DNA of 64,000 bases. Origin: Hypanus sabinus (taxonomy: Eukaryota). Where the stretch lies: NCBI RefSeq assembly GCF_030144855.1, contig NC_082708.1, positions 159,526,001 through 159,590,000 of the forward strand, written 5' to 3'. Positions within the stretch are counted from its first letter, which is position 1; the number at the start of each line of letters is the position of its first letter. The notes below the pieces were generated by a model, which made no database searches, was not told the DNA's origin, and was given only the letters and a program-made list of their open reading frames with translations. A program made the position numbers and the translations under genes. This document shows positions 1-10,928 of the stretch, one piece after another.

Positions 1-624
1 ACCTAGTATCTCGTATTTCTTCTTTTAAACTATTTATTTTGTAACTTACAGTAATTTTTATGTTTCACACTGTACCATTGCCATAAAATCAACAAATTTT
101 CTGATAAGTCAGTGATAATCAACCCGATTCTGAAATAATGGGCACCAGGGTCAGCACGGCTGAACTGGGCCAAAGGGTCTGTTTCCCTGTTTCATGCAGT
201 ATTAATGCATGACTCTACTACACTGGCAGTTACAGAAACTGTACAGCAATTTAGTTTAGCTGTATTTAGAAACCTTGACATTTTTGTGGTCACAATATAT
301 TTTGGATATGTGCCGTATTTGGGGGTTCTTGTGTTCATGAATTTAATTAACTTTGCAGTACAGTTACCTGGATATCTCCTTTCTCACAAGCTACTGCACC
401 CAAAGCTGGTTTAAAGAACTGTTCCTGTTGCCCATTATGGAATTGTGGTCACATTGCTTGTCCCTAAGACTACTATAGTTGTGGGTCCCCTAGACCTTGC
501 TATAACTGCCCTCCATCCTGTCCCGTTATGTTGGTTCTAACATCTGCTAGCTTGGTGTGAGGTTAGACACATAACTTTCCTCTACAGATTATTCTTAGAA
601 TAAACTGCTTCAATCTATTCTCTC

Positions 625-799
625 ATAAACAAGAGAAAATCTGCAGATGCTCGAAATCCGAGCAACACACGCAAAATGCTGGAGGAACTCAGCAAGCCAG
701 ACAGCATTCATGAAAAAAAAGTAAAGTTGACATTTCGGGCTAAAACGCCGAATGTACCTCCTGGTTGGCTAAGTTCCTCCAGTAATTTGTGTGTGTTGC
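625..799. mobile_element. Fold-back mini-element built from two inverted Penelope-like 3' ends
   Basis: Inverted arms gcaacacacgcaaaatgctggaggaactcagc / gctaagttcctccagtaatttgtgtgtgttgc; flanked by 15-bp direct repeat tcaatctattctctc (610-624, 800-814). Confidence 0.75.
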
Positions 800-1107
800 T
801 CAATCTATTCTCTCTTCAGCTATGGACAGCATTGGGTCACTAGGAACTCAAAGTCCTTTGATGGATCTCCTTTTCAATCTGTCCACTTATGTTCCTGTTC
901 CTGACTAGCACAGGTGATGCCATCACTTCAGATGCCAGCTGCTGACTGTGGAATAGGCTATGTTAGTTTATGTGAGACCAGATAGTTGACCATGACCTGG
1001 CCTGACATTTGCTATTGGTCACTCTAGTTATTGCACATTACCAAACTGATAAACTTACAAGAGGTAGTGGTCAATTTAAATTTAAAAAAACAAAATTGCC
1101 TCATTAG

Positions 1108-2075
1108 CAACACGAGTGAATCTGCAGATGCTGGAAATAAATAAAAAACACAAAATGCTGGCAGAACCCAGCAGGCCAGACAGCATCTATGGGAGGAGGT
1201 AATAATGACGTTTCAGGCCGAAACCCTTCATCACAAGTGAAGTAACATGGGATGGTCGAGAGAGGATAAGAAGTGGGGGGAGGGATAAAGTAGAGAGCTA
1301 GGAAGTGATAGGCTGGAGGGAAATGGGCTAGGGGGAAGGTGGAGAATTATGGGAAATAAAACAGAAAGAAAGGTAGGGCTGGGGGGAGAGATTATAGTGA
1401 GGGGGGGGGAAGAGAGAGAAAGAGAACCAGACTAAAATAATAGATAGGGATGGGGGTAAGGGTGGGGGGCAGGGGTATCAACGGAGGTCAATGAGTTGGA
1501 TGTTCATGCCGGCAGGAAGGAGGCTATCTAGGCAGGAGATAAGGTATTGCTCCATCAACTTGTGTGTGGCCTCATCTTGACGGTAGAGGAGGCCATGGAC
1601 AGACATGTCGGAGTGGGAGTGGTCTGTGGAATTGAAGTGTGCGGCCACAGGGAGATCCCGCCACTGGAGGACCGAGCGCCGGTGTTCGGCAAAACGCTCT
1701 CCCAATTTGCGGCGGGTCTCCCTAATGTATAAATGGCCACATCGGGAGCACCGGATATAGTATATCGCCCCCATTGACTCGCAGGTGAAGTGGTGCCTCA
1801 CCTGAAAGGACTGTCTAGGGCCTGGGATGGTGGCGAGGGAAGAAGTGTGGGGGCAGGTGTAGCACTTCTTCTGTTTGCAGGAATGAGTGCCTGGAGGGAG
1901 GTCAGTGGGGAGGAATGGGGGGGATGAATGGACAAGGGAGTCGAGTAGGGAGTGATCCCTGCGGAAAGCTAAGAGTGGGGGGAGGGGAAGATGTGGTTGG
2001 TGGTGGGATCACGTAGGAGGTGGCGGAAGTTATGGAGGATTATACCTTGGATCTGTAGGCTGGTAGGGTGATAGG
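1108..2075 (-). mobile_element. 5'-truncated Penelope-like retroelement (GIY-YIG endonuclease end plus 3' terminal region)
   Basis: ORF 1478-1801 HFTCES..AIYYIRCSRCGHLYIRETRRKLGERFAEH...VAAHF is a GIY-YIG endonuclease with CCHH; pyrimidine-rich 3'UTR; hammerhead-like motif 1207-1234; 8-bp direct repeat ctcattag (1100-1107, 2076-2083). Confidence 0.88.
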
Positions 2076-2299
2076 CTCATTAGGCTCTTCCAGAGAAGCA
2101 AAGTATTTATCAACAGTGTGGTGATAGCACGTGTCATGTGAAAGAAGGTGACTGGACAGCGTTCAGAGCATGCGCAGAAATGACAGAATGATCGAGAAGC
2201 GTGGCAGTGTTAAAACGTGGCTGCTGTTTGCTGTTAAATAAAAGTTCTAGTTATGTTCTTCCAGAAAATGTTTCTTTACGAGTAACTCACGGTACATTT

Positions 2300-3143
2300 T
2301 GTTAAGTATTCAAGCAACAATAAATATATGAGTTCGGCAAGGGTTTTTTTTTTACAAACAACACGTTTATTAAACACAGAAAACAAACCCCCCAAAAGTA
2401 AACAAACACTAACGTAACTGGAAACAGCTGCTGTGCGGCAGCTCAAACAGTTCTTAAAGCGATATTGCAAAAACAGTTCTTTAAAGTGGTATTGCCAAAA
2501 GTTCGATATGCTCACAGTCCATTTAAAAGGAGAGACTTTATAAGACGATGTAAATTCTCTTTCACGTCGCTTGGCTTCAATCCCCGACGTCGAACTTCCC
2601 ACGAAGAAATTACGAAATGGAACGGCTTAAAGGCACTGACCTTTCCTTCCTCACTATCCTCAATCCTTTCTGGTAAACCCAGGGATTAACGCGAAGATAG
2701 TCAACGAAATCCTCCCAAATAAGGATCAAACAAAGGTCGAAACCCATTTCACCGTAGAAAGCGATTCTCCTCGATCTTTAACTCCCGAACTTTGATCTTC
2801 ACTCTCCACTGATTTCTCGAACCAGCAGAATCGTAAAGAACCTGCTGGCAATGACCTTTTAAACTTTAGGCATTAGATAAAACTTCATCTTTCAACTAAA
2901 CTGCGTCATCACTTAAATCACGCAGTGGCATGAAGTCAACTTAGCAAATCCAGCCACGAACTGCCCCTCCTCACAGGGTGGGGTCTTCCTTTTATAACCT
3001 GAAAAAAAACCTGTCACATGATCTCTACTGGCGGGAAAATGATGTCACTCCACCATCACAAGACCATTACCTCAAGTCCAGTATAGCTTCAACCCCAGTA
3101 ATGTGACAAGGGTACCACTGTCATGTGTCACGAGTACATAACA
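2300..3143 (-). mobile_element. Solo LTR inserted in the 5' LTR of the Gypsy element
   Basis: TGTTA...TAACA termini; 4-bp TSD ATTT (2296-2299, 3144-3147); TATA-like motif near 2991-2997 and AATAAA 2366-2371 on the minus strand. Confidence 0.8.
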
Positions 3144-3451
3144 ATTTAAAGAACACAACATGGTGTCAGAAGTCAGTCTGCAAGAGTAATACGCTCGCTA
3201 AACACAGGGGAAGCGAAGATAATCAAAAAAAAGAGCGCAAACTTTTTCGTTGTTTGTTAACAGCTTTGAAAGTGGAAGTTCTGCAGCCTCCATCGATGCT
3301 TCAGCTGATTAAAAATGTTGCTGAAAACTGGAGAAGATTTAAACAGCGATTTGAAATCTATTTATTGGCGATCGGAGCTGAAAATAAATCGGAAAAAACG
3401 AAAGCAGCGATTCTACTCCACATAATAGCAGACGACGCAATTGAGGTATAT

Positions 3452-3493
3452 ACTGAGTCCTGACGAAGGGTCTCGGCCCGAAATGTCGACAGT
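3452..3493 (+). ncRNA. Putative minimal type I hammerhead ribozyme (PLE-associated)
   Basis: Core CUGACGA 3460-3466; stem II 3468-3479; GAAA 3480-3483; GUC cleavage triplet 3485-3487; stem I ACUG(AG)UC/GACAGU. Confidence 0.55.
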
Positions 3494-3550
3494 GCTTCTC
3501 CTTATAGATGCTGCCTGGCCTGCTGTGTTCCACCAGCATTTTGTGTGTGT
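3452..3550 (+). mobile_element. 99-bp Penelope-derived mini-element with hammerhead-ribozyme core, inserted in Gypsy gag
   Basis: 14-bp TSD caattgaggtatat (3438-3451, 3551-3564); CTGACGA-A-GGGT/CTCG/GCCC-GAAA-TGTC. Confidence 0.8.
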
Positions 3551-4143
3551 CAATTGAGGTATATGACCATTTTACTTTTGAGAATGGAGATAATTTAATC
3601 TAAAAGCAATAATGGACAAATTTGACACATTTTGTATACCAAAGCGCAATGTGACATAGGAAAGATATAAATTCTTTACATGCAAGCAGAAAGCTGGACA
3701 AACGATTGATCAATTTGTTACGGAATTGAGAAACTGCAGTAAAACTTGCGAGTTTGCAGAGCTGACAGACTCTTTCATTAAAGACAGAAATGTTTGCGGC
3801 ATTCTGGATAACGCTCTGAGAGAATGACTCTTAAGAGAAACAGACGCAGATCTGGGAGAAAGCTTTGATTCTCTGCAAAACTTTGGAAACCATAAAATTG
3901 CAGGCTAAAGAGCTTTTTATTGAAAACTGCAGTGTACACTTAACCGCAAACATATTAGAGAAAATAATGAAGTGACAATGAAACCGACAGAGAACAAGAC
4001 GACATCTGAAAGGAAAATCTTTATGATCGCTGTGGGTGGGAGCACCGACCTAAAAAGTGTCCAGAGTATGGAAAAAATGTACAATCCCTGCAGTAATCAC
4101 TTGTCACGCAGTTGCAGAAGTAGAAAGGAATTAAAATACATAA

Positions 4144-4629
4144 ATGCAGTGCTTGAAAATGAACATGGAGTTTTATATCGATGTGCTTTGTGAAAATATT
4201 CCATTGCAAGTGAAACAAAACAATATTCTGTTTAAACTGGATACAGGAGCACAAGTTAATGTTCTTGCAGAATCAGAGTTTAATGCATTAAAGCCAAGAC
4301 CAAAGTTACATCAAACAAATATAAAAGTGACTGGGTATTCAGGTGCAGACATTCCAGTTAAAGGAACGTGTGTGGCAAAAGTATTACACAAAAATATTGT
4401 GCACACGCTTTTATTTGTGGTAGTGCCAAAAAATGTACAGTCAATACTAGGTTTATCTGCCTGTGAGAAACTGAATTTGGTGAAAAGAGTCTTAGACGTG
4501 GACAGTGACACAGAGTCAGAATACAGTGGCTTGATGAAAGAGCAAGAGAGAACAGAATTTGATTCCAATGCAGCAAAAGTGAAAGAAGTCATTAAAAAAA
4601 AGCTCCCAGACTTTGTTACCAGCATCTGA
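4144..4629 (+). pseudogene. Retropepsin (aspartic protease) remnant of the Gypsy element
   Basis: ILFKLDTGAQVNVL...VTGYSG...SILGLSACEKLNLV. Confidence 0.8.
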
Positions 4630-5244
4630 CAAAGCATTGCCACCGAAACCAAACTTGCTGGTACAGTACAATACGGATCTGAAGCCAAAAGAGTGACAAG
4701 AATCGGGATCCAATTGAAGAAGTGAAAGCACAAGAGAAGGAATAGGGAAGTTGTACTGAAATGATGAAGTCTCAGCATAAAAAAGAGATAACACAGTTAA
4801 TGAATAAATTGCGATTTCTTCGCAAAGACCTCAAGAAACAGCCAACTTCAGAGTTTCCGTTAACTGATGCTGACCAGACGAAACATGAAAACAACAATGA
4901 AACACAAGAACTGTGTGAACCACTTAGAAAGTCTACTTGTGTTTATAAACCCTCAGAGAGACTGATAGAGACATGTTAAATTATGCATTTGTTTTGACTA
5001 ATGTTGCTAATTGTTTTTCTTTTTAAGGAAAGGAAGATGTGGTGGTGTCACATGTCACGTGTAAGAAAGTGACTGGACAGAGTTCAGGGCATACTGAGAA
5101 ATAACAGAATGATCAAGAAGCATGGCAGTGTTAAAACATGGTTGCCTTTTGCTGTTAAATAAAAGATCCAGTTACATTCTTCCAGACTACGTTTCTTCAT
5201 GACTAACCCACGATCAAATAATTGCCATTTGTAGCCCTAGCACT

Positions 5245-6720
5245 TAGAACCACAGAACATTACAGCACAGAAACAGGCCTTTTGGCCCCTCTTGGCTGTG
5301 CCGAACCATTTTTCTGCCTAGTCCCACTGACCTACACCTGGGCCATATCCCTCCAAACCTCTCTCATCCATATACCTGTCCAAGTTTTTCTTAAATGTCA
5401 AAAGTGAGCCCACATTCACCTCTTCATCTGGTAGCTCATTCCACACTCCCAACGTGAAGAAGCCCCCGCTAATGTTCCTTTTAAACTTTTCCCCCTTCAC
5501 CCTTAACCCATGACCTCTGTTTTTTTTCTCCCCTGGCCTCAGTGGAAAAAGCGTGCTTGCATTCACTCTATCTATACCCATCATAATTTTATATACCTCT
5601 ATCAAATCACCCCTCATTCTCTTACGCTCCAGGGAATAAAGTCCTAACCTACTCAACCTTTCTCTGTAACTCAATTTCTCAAGTCCCGGCAACATCCTTG
5701 TAAAACTTCTCTGCACTCTTTCAACCTTATTAATATCCTTCCTGTAATTAGGTGACCAAAACTGCACATAATACTCCAAATTCGGTCTCACCAATGTCCT
5801 GTACAACCTCACCATTACATTCCAACTCTCATACTCAATACTTTCATTTATAAGGGCCAATGTACCAAAAGCTCTCTTTACAACCCTATCTACTTGTGAC
5901 ACCTCTTTTAGGGAATTATGTATCTGTACTCCCAGATCCCTCTGTTCTACTGCACTCCTCGTGTCCTACCATTTACCTTGTATGTTCTACGTTGATTTGA
6001 CCTTCTGAAGTGCAATACCCCACACTTGTCTGCATTAAACTCCATCTGCCATTTTTCTGCCCATTCCTCCAACTGGTCCAAATCCCTTTGCAAGCTTTGA
6101 AAACCTTCCTCACTGTCCACTACACCTCCAATCTTTGTATCATCAGCAAACTTGCTGATTCAATTTGCCACATTACCATCCAGATCATCGATATAGATGA
6201 CAAATAACAATGGACCCAGCACTGATCCCTGTGGCACACCACTAGTCACAGGCCTCCACTCAGAGTAGCAATTCTTCACTCTCTGGCTTCTTCCATTGAG
6301 CCAACGTCTAATCGAATTTACTACCTCTCCATGTATACCCAGTGACTGAATCTTCCTAACTAACCTCCCATGTGGGACCTTGTCAAAGGCTTTACTGGAG
6401 TCCATCTATACAATATCCACTGCCGTCCCTTCATCCACTTTCCTGGCAACTTCTTCAAAAAACTCTAATAGATTGGTTAAACATGACCTACCACGCACAA
6501 AGCCATGCTGACTGTTTCTAATAAGTCTCTGTCTATCCAAATACTTGTAGATCATATCTCTTAGTATTCCTTCCAAAAATTTACCTACTACCGAGGTCAA
6601 ACTTACCGGCCTATCATTTCCCGGCTTCCTTTTTGAGCCTTTTTTAAACAACAGAACTACATGAGCTATCCTCCAATCTTCTGGCACCTGACCCGTGGAC
6701 ATCAACATTTTAACACTTCT
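5245..6720 (-). mobile_element. 5'-truncated CR1 LINE (RT domain plus 3' end)
   Basis: ORFs 6406-6768, 6160-6405, 5318-5902: [62 protein letters not shown]; stops and frameshifts. Confidence 0.92.
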
Positions 6721-6979
6721 CCTGTTAGGAAATGGTGGTCCTCTATAATCCTTTGGATCACAGTACAAAAGACATCAAAGCGAACTATTCAAGGATGAAT
6801 TATAGTCGAGAGTAAAATTGGATTTGATGCCCCTACCATTGAACAATCTGTCAATACTATGTAATTAAAATGAATAATGGTCATTTGATCTACATATACC
6901 CAACACTGATGCTCCCACAGTGAATGGAAGAAAACTATCTACAAATCACCTCTCACAGATGTTCTAAATCTAACTTTCC

Positions 6980-7697
6980 TCAGTTGTCCGCCATTTTAAG
7001 TCAGATCGTGACGTCGTCCACCATTTTAAGCTGTTGCCGTTGACGCTGTGTTGAGTGTTTAACTTTGTACTTGGCTTAAATTTTTCTTAGCAAGATTCAC
7101 CCTGACCCACCCACCCCCACCCGTTCCGGTTGGCTGGTGGCGCAGTGAGATCAGCGCCGGGCTGGAGAATGGAGGTTCCAGAGTTCGATTTAGTGACAGA
7201 CCGCTCCCGTGCCAGGTTGATGTCGAGCTCGCAACAAAACACCCCCACCTCCAGTTTAAATTCCCACACAGAATATTATGGAGGATCAAATACCCAAACC
7301 CAGCACATTACCCACTTGTTCCATTTAACTTGTCTCAGTGTATTGGACTTTCGGACCCGGGGAATTCAGTGCGGTGGTCCTTAGGCTACAGTCGGTCAAT
7401 GATCAAAACAATTTTAAAGGATAAAGTGAGAATAATGGAGCATGTGAATGGCCCTACCCCGATGAAAGCTCCAGTTATTACTAAGCAATGCAGTGGTTTA
7501 ATTATTGAAATACATGTTTCTTAAATGTTTTATATGCATCGAAAGGTAATATATATACTACGTACTGTATATACTAAGACAAACGTTTGACTAACTGACA
7601 TTAAATAATACTGGATGTACTTGTTCCGATTTACGTATGAATCCAACTTAAAAACAGAATCAGGAACAGAACTCGTACGTAACCCGGGGACTGCCTG
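6980..7697 (+). mobile_element. Tigger/pogo-like DNA transposon remnant (left end uncertain)
   Basis: LGYSRSMIKTILKDKVRIMEHV...VITKQCSGLIIE resembles the CENP-B-type N-terminus of Tigger transposases; right TIR cgtaacccggggactgcctg followed by TA at 7698. Confidence 0.65.
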
Positions 7698-7949
7698 TAC
7701 AAAATGAAGGTCATCCTACCATGCAAGTGTTTAGAAAATTTCAGTAAAACTAAAATGGAGGAGGAACTGTTAACCTTCTAACTAACATCCAAATAACTCA
7801 CCATCATAAGATGGAAAACAACAAAGAAAATGCAGTTACTCAGGAACAACAGGTATGTAGCAGAATACAGGGCCCTGGAGATAGGAGCACAAGAGGAAAG
7901 GGAGCAAAGATGAATGTTAACAAGAAAGTCCATTTTATGTTCAGAATCA

Positions 7950-10163
7950 AGAGATGGGGCCATGGCACTGTTGATCAGAGATAGGAACAGACAAGTTAGA
8001 AAAGCATTTAAGTGGAGTAAGGGGAATTATGAAGTTATCAGGCAGGAAATTGGAGGCTTAAATTGGAAACGGATGTTCTCAGGGAGAAGTACGGAAGAAA
8101 TGTGGCAAACGTTCAGGGAATAGTTGTGAGAAGTTCTGCATAGGTACGTTCCAATGAGACAGGGAAGTTATGATAGGGGACAGGAACTGTGGTGTACAAA
8201 GGCTGTAATAAATCTAGTCAAGAAGAAAAGCATACAAAAGGTTCAGAGAGCTAGGTAATGTTAGAAATCTAGAAGATTATAAGGCTACTAGGAAGGAGCT
8301 TAAGAAGGAAATTAGGAGAGCCAGAAGGGGCCATGAGAAGGCCTTGGCGGGCAGGATTAAGGAAAACCCCAAGGCATTCTACAAGAATGTGAAGAGCAAT
8401 GAGGACAAGACGTGAAAGAATAGGACCTATCAAACGTGACAGTGGGAAAGTGTGTATGGAACTGGAGGAAATAGAAGAGGTAATGAATACTTTACTTCAG
8501 TATTCACTATGGAAAAGGATCTTAGTGATTGTGGTGATGACTTGCAGCAGACTGAAAAGCTTGAGCATGTAGGTATTAAGAAAGAGGATGTGCTGGAGCT
8601 TTTGGAAAGCATCAAATTGGATAAGTCGCTGGGCCCAGATGAGGTGTACCTCAGGCTACTGTGGGAGGTGAGAGAGGAGATTGCTAAGCCTCTGGCTATA
8701 ATCTTTGCATCATCAATGGGGACGGGAGAGGTTCCTGAGGATTGGAGGGCTGCGGATGTTGTTCCTTTATTCAAGAAAGGGAGTAGAGATAGCCTGGAAA
8801 TTATAGACCAGTGAGTTTTACCTCAGTGGTTCGTAAGTTGATGGAGAAGATCCTGAGAGGCAGGATTTATGAACATTTGGAGGTATAATGTGATCAGTAG
8901 TTAGAATGGCTTTGTAAAGGGCAGGTCGTGCCTTACGAGCCTAATTGACTTTTTTGAGGATGTGACTAAACACATTGATGAAGCAAGAGCAGATGTAGTG
9001 TATATGGATTTCAGCAAGGCATTTGATAAGGTACCCCATGCAAGGCTTATTGAGAAAGTAAGGAGGCACAGGATCCAAGGGGTTATTGCTTTGTGGATCC
9101 AGAACTGGCTTGCCCACAGAGGGCAAAGAGTGGTTGTAGACAGGTCATATTCCGCATGGAGGTCGGTCACCAGTGGAGTGCCTCAGGGATCTGTTCTGGG
9201 ACCCTTACTCTTCGTGATTTTTATAAATGACCTGGATGAAGAAGTGGAAGGATGGATTAGTAAGTTTGCTGATGACACAAAGGTTGGAGGTGTTGTGGAT
9301 AGTGTGGAGGGCTGTCAGAGGTTACAGCGGGACACTGAAAGGATGCAAAACTGGGCTGAGAAGTTGCAGATGGAGTTCAACCCAGATAAGTGTGAAGTGG
9401 TTCATTTTGGTAGGTCAAATATGATGGCAGAATATAGTATTAATGGTAAGACTCTTGACAGTGTGGAAGATCAGAGGAATCTTTGGGTCCGAGTCCATAG
9501 GACGCTCAAAGCAGCTGCGCAGGTTGAGTCTATGGTTAAGAAGGCGTACGGTGTACAGGCCTTCATCAATTGGGGAATTGAATTTAGGAGCCGAGAGGTA
9601 ATATTGCAGCTATATAGGATCCTGGTCAGACCCCATTTGGAGTACTGTGCTCAGTTCTGGTCGCCTCACTACAGGAAGGATGTGAAAGTCATAGTAAGAG
9701 GAGATTTACAAGGATGTTGCCTAGATTGGGGAGCATGCCTTATGAGAATAGGTTGAGTGAACTTGGCCTTTTCTCCTTGGAGCAAAGGAGGGTGGAAGGT
9801 GACCTGTTAGAGGTGTTCAAGATGATGAGAGGATTTGATTGTGTGGATAGTCAGAGGCTTTTTCCCAGGGCTAAAATGGTTGCCGCAAGAGGACACAAGT
9901 TTAAGGTGCGGGGGAGTAGGTACAGAGGAGATGTCAGGGGTAAGTTTTTTACAGAGAGTGGCGAGTGCATGGAATGGGCTGCCGGCAGCAGTGGTGGAGG
10001 CAGATACCATAGGGTCTTTTAAGAGGCTTTTAGATACGTACATGGAGCTTAGAAAAATAGAGGACTATAGCTAAGCCTAGTAGTTTCTAAGGTAGGGACA
10101 TGTTCGGCACAACTTTGTGGGCCGAAGGGCCTGTATTGTGCTGCAGGTTTTCTATGTTTCTAG
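7950..10163 (+). mobile_element. 5'-truncated CR1 LINE (ORF2 RT region plus 3' tail)
   Basis: ORFs 8452-8814, 8962-9756, 9714-10022: [45 protein letters not shown]; 3' end gggccgaagggcctgt...(ttctatg)n. Confidence 0.93.
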
Positions 10164-10893
10164 TTCCATTCTGGATTGTTTCCACAATATCTACTGAAAC
10201 AGTCAAAAGGTATGAAGTATGGAACCAACTGGAATCTCCATGATTGTACTGAGTTAATAGTTACACCTTCAACAGCTGATAGTTATCTTTCTTCTTTGCA
10301 TTTATAGGAATGCTTTAATTAAAACTTGCACTCTAAGTTACTGAACTCGTGCAAGTTAGCCACAAAATTCAAATAGTAAAACAGCCCGTAGGACAGTTTT
10401 AAAACAACAAAGTAGAGATAATATGAAGAGATATCAACTCACAGCCACACTTAACACCTGTATGTTAAGGCACCTAAGTCTGTGTGTCATGTCTGTATAA
10501 TTTTCTAGAATATTTATAGCACAATGACTTTCCGTTCAGAATAATTACAGAAAAAGTGACAACAGCTCCAAGCTAGTTTCTCTAAGAGCACATCATCAGT
10601 TAGCTCATGAAATTTAGGCTATTGTGGGTGACAGACTGAAGTGAGAGACAGAGGGGAAATTGCAGCTTGACAAACTTTAAATAAAAATGGGGAACAGCAA
10701 CAAATCTATATCCATAATAGACTGCTACTTCCTTCACAGCAAGTTCACAGAACAAATTATTCTATAAAATAATTAAAAATTAATGCAAAAAATAGCAGTT
10801 AAGATCTACTTAATAAATCCAATCTGCTATTATTATCAGTATGATAGTAACTTAGAAATGGATTTACAGATTAAGGAAAATTTATGCTTTTAC

Positions 10894-10928
10894 CTAGGCA
10901 ACTGTTTATAAAGGTATCTCTTCAAGTC
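10894..10928 (-). CDS. LAMTOR3: LAMTOR3 exon 3
   Basis: 35 nt; DLKRYLYKQLP plus AG; canonical splice sites. Confidence 0.9.

Larger units (their letters stand above)
2117..5215 (+). mobile_element. Degenerate, internally deleted Gypsy (Mag-like) LTR retrotransposon
   Basis: Paired LTRs starting TGTGGTG at 2117 and 5038; PBS TGGTGTCAGAAGT at 3161 (tRNA-Leu type); gag-like NWRRFKQRFEIYL; degenerate zinc knuckles about 4022-4117; protease FKLDTGAQVNVL; PPT aaggaaaggaaga before 5038; no RT/RNaseH/integrase core. Confidence 0.88.

Noticed and set aside
8962-9756. 264-aa RT ORF as a domesticated or novel reverse transcriptase gene
   Set aside because: Flanked by frameshifted and stop-containing CR1 ORF2 sequence and a CR1 tail; ordinary LINE relic
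1-10890. LAMTOR3 exon 4 onward (VEGLHAIVVSDRDG...)
   Set aside because: Searched the minus strand by eye and found no match; presumably outside the window
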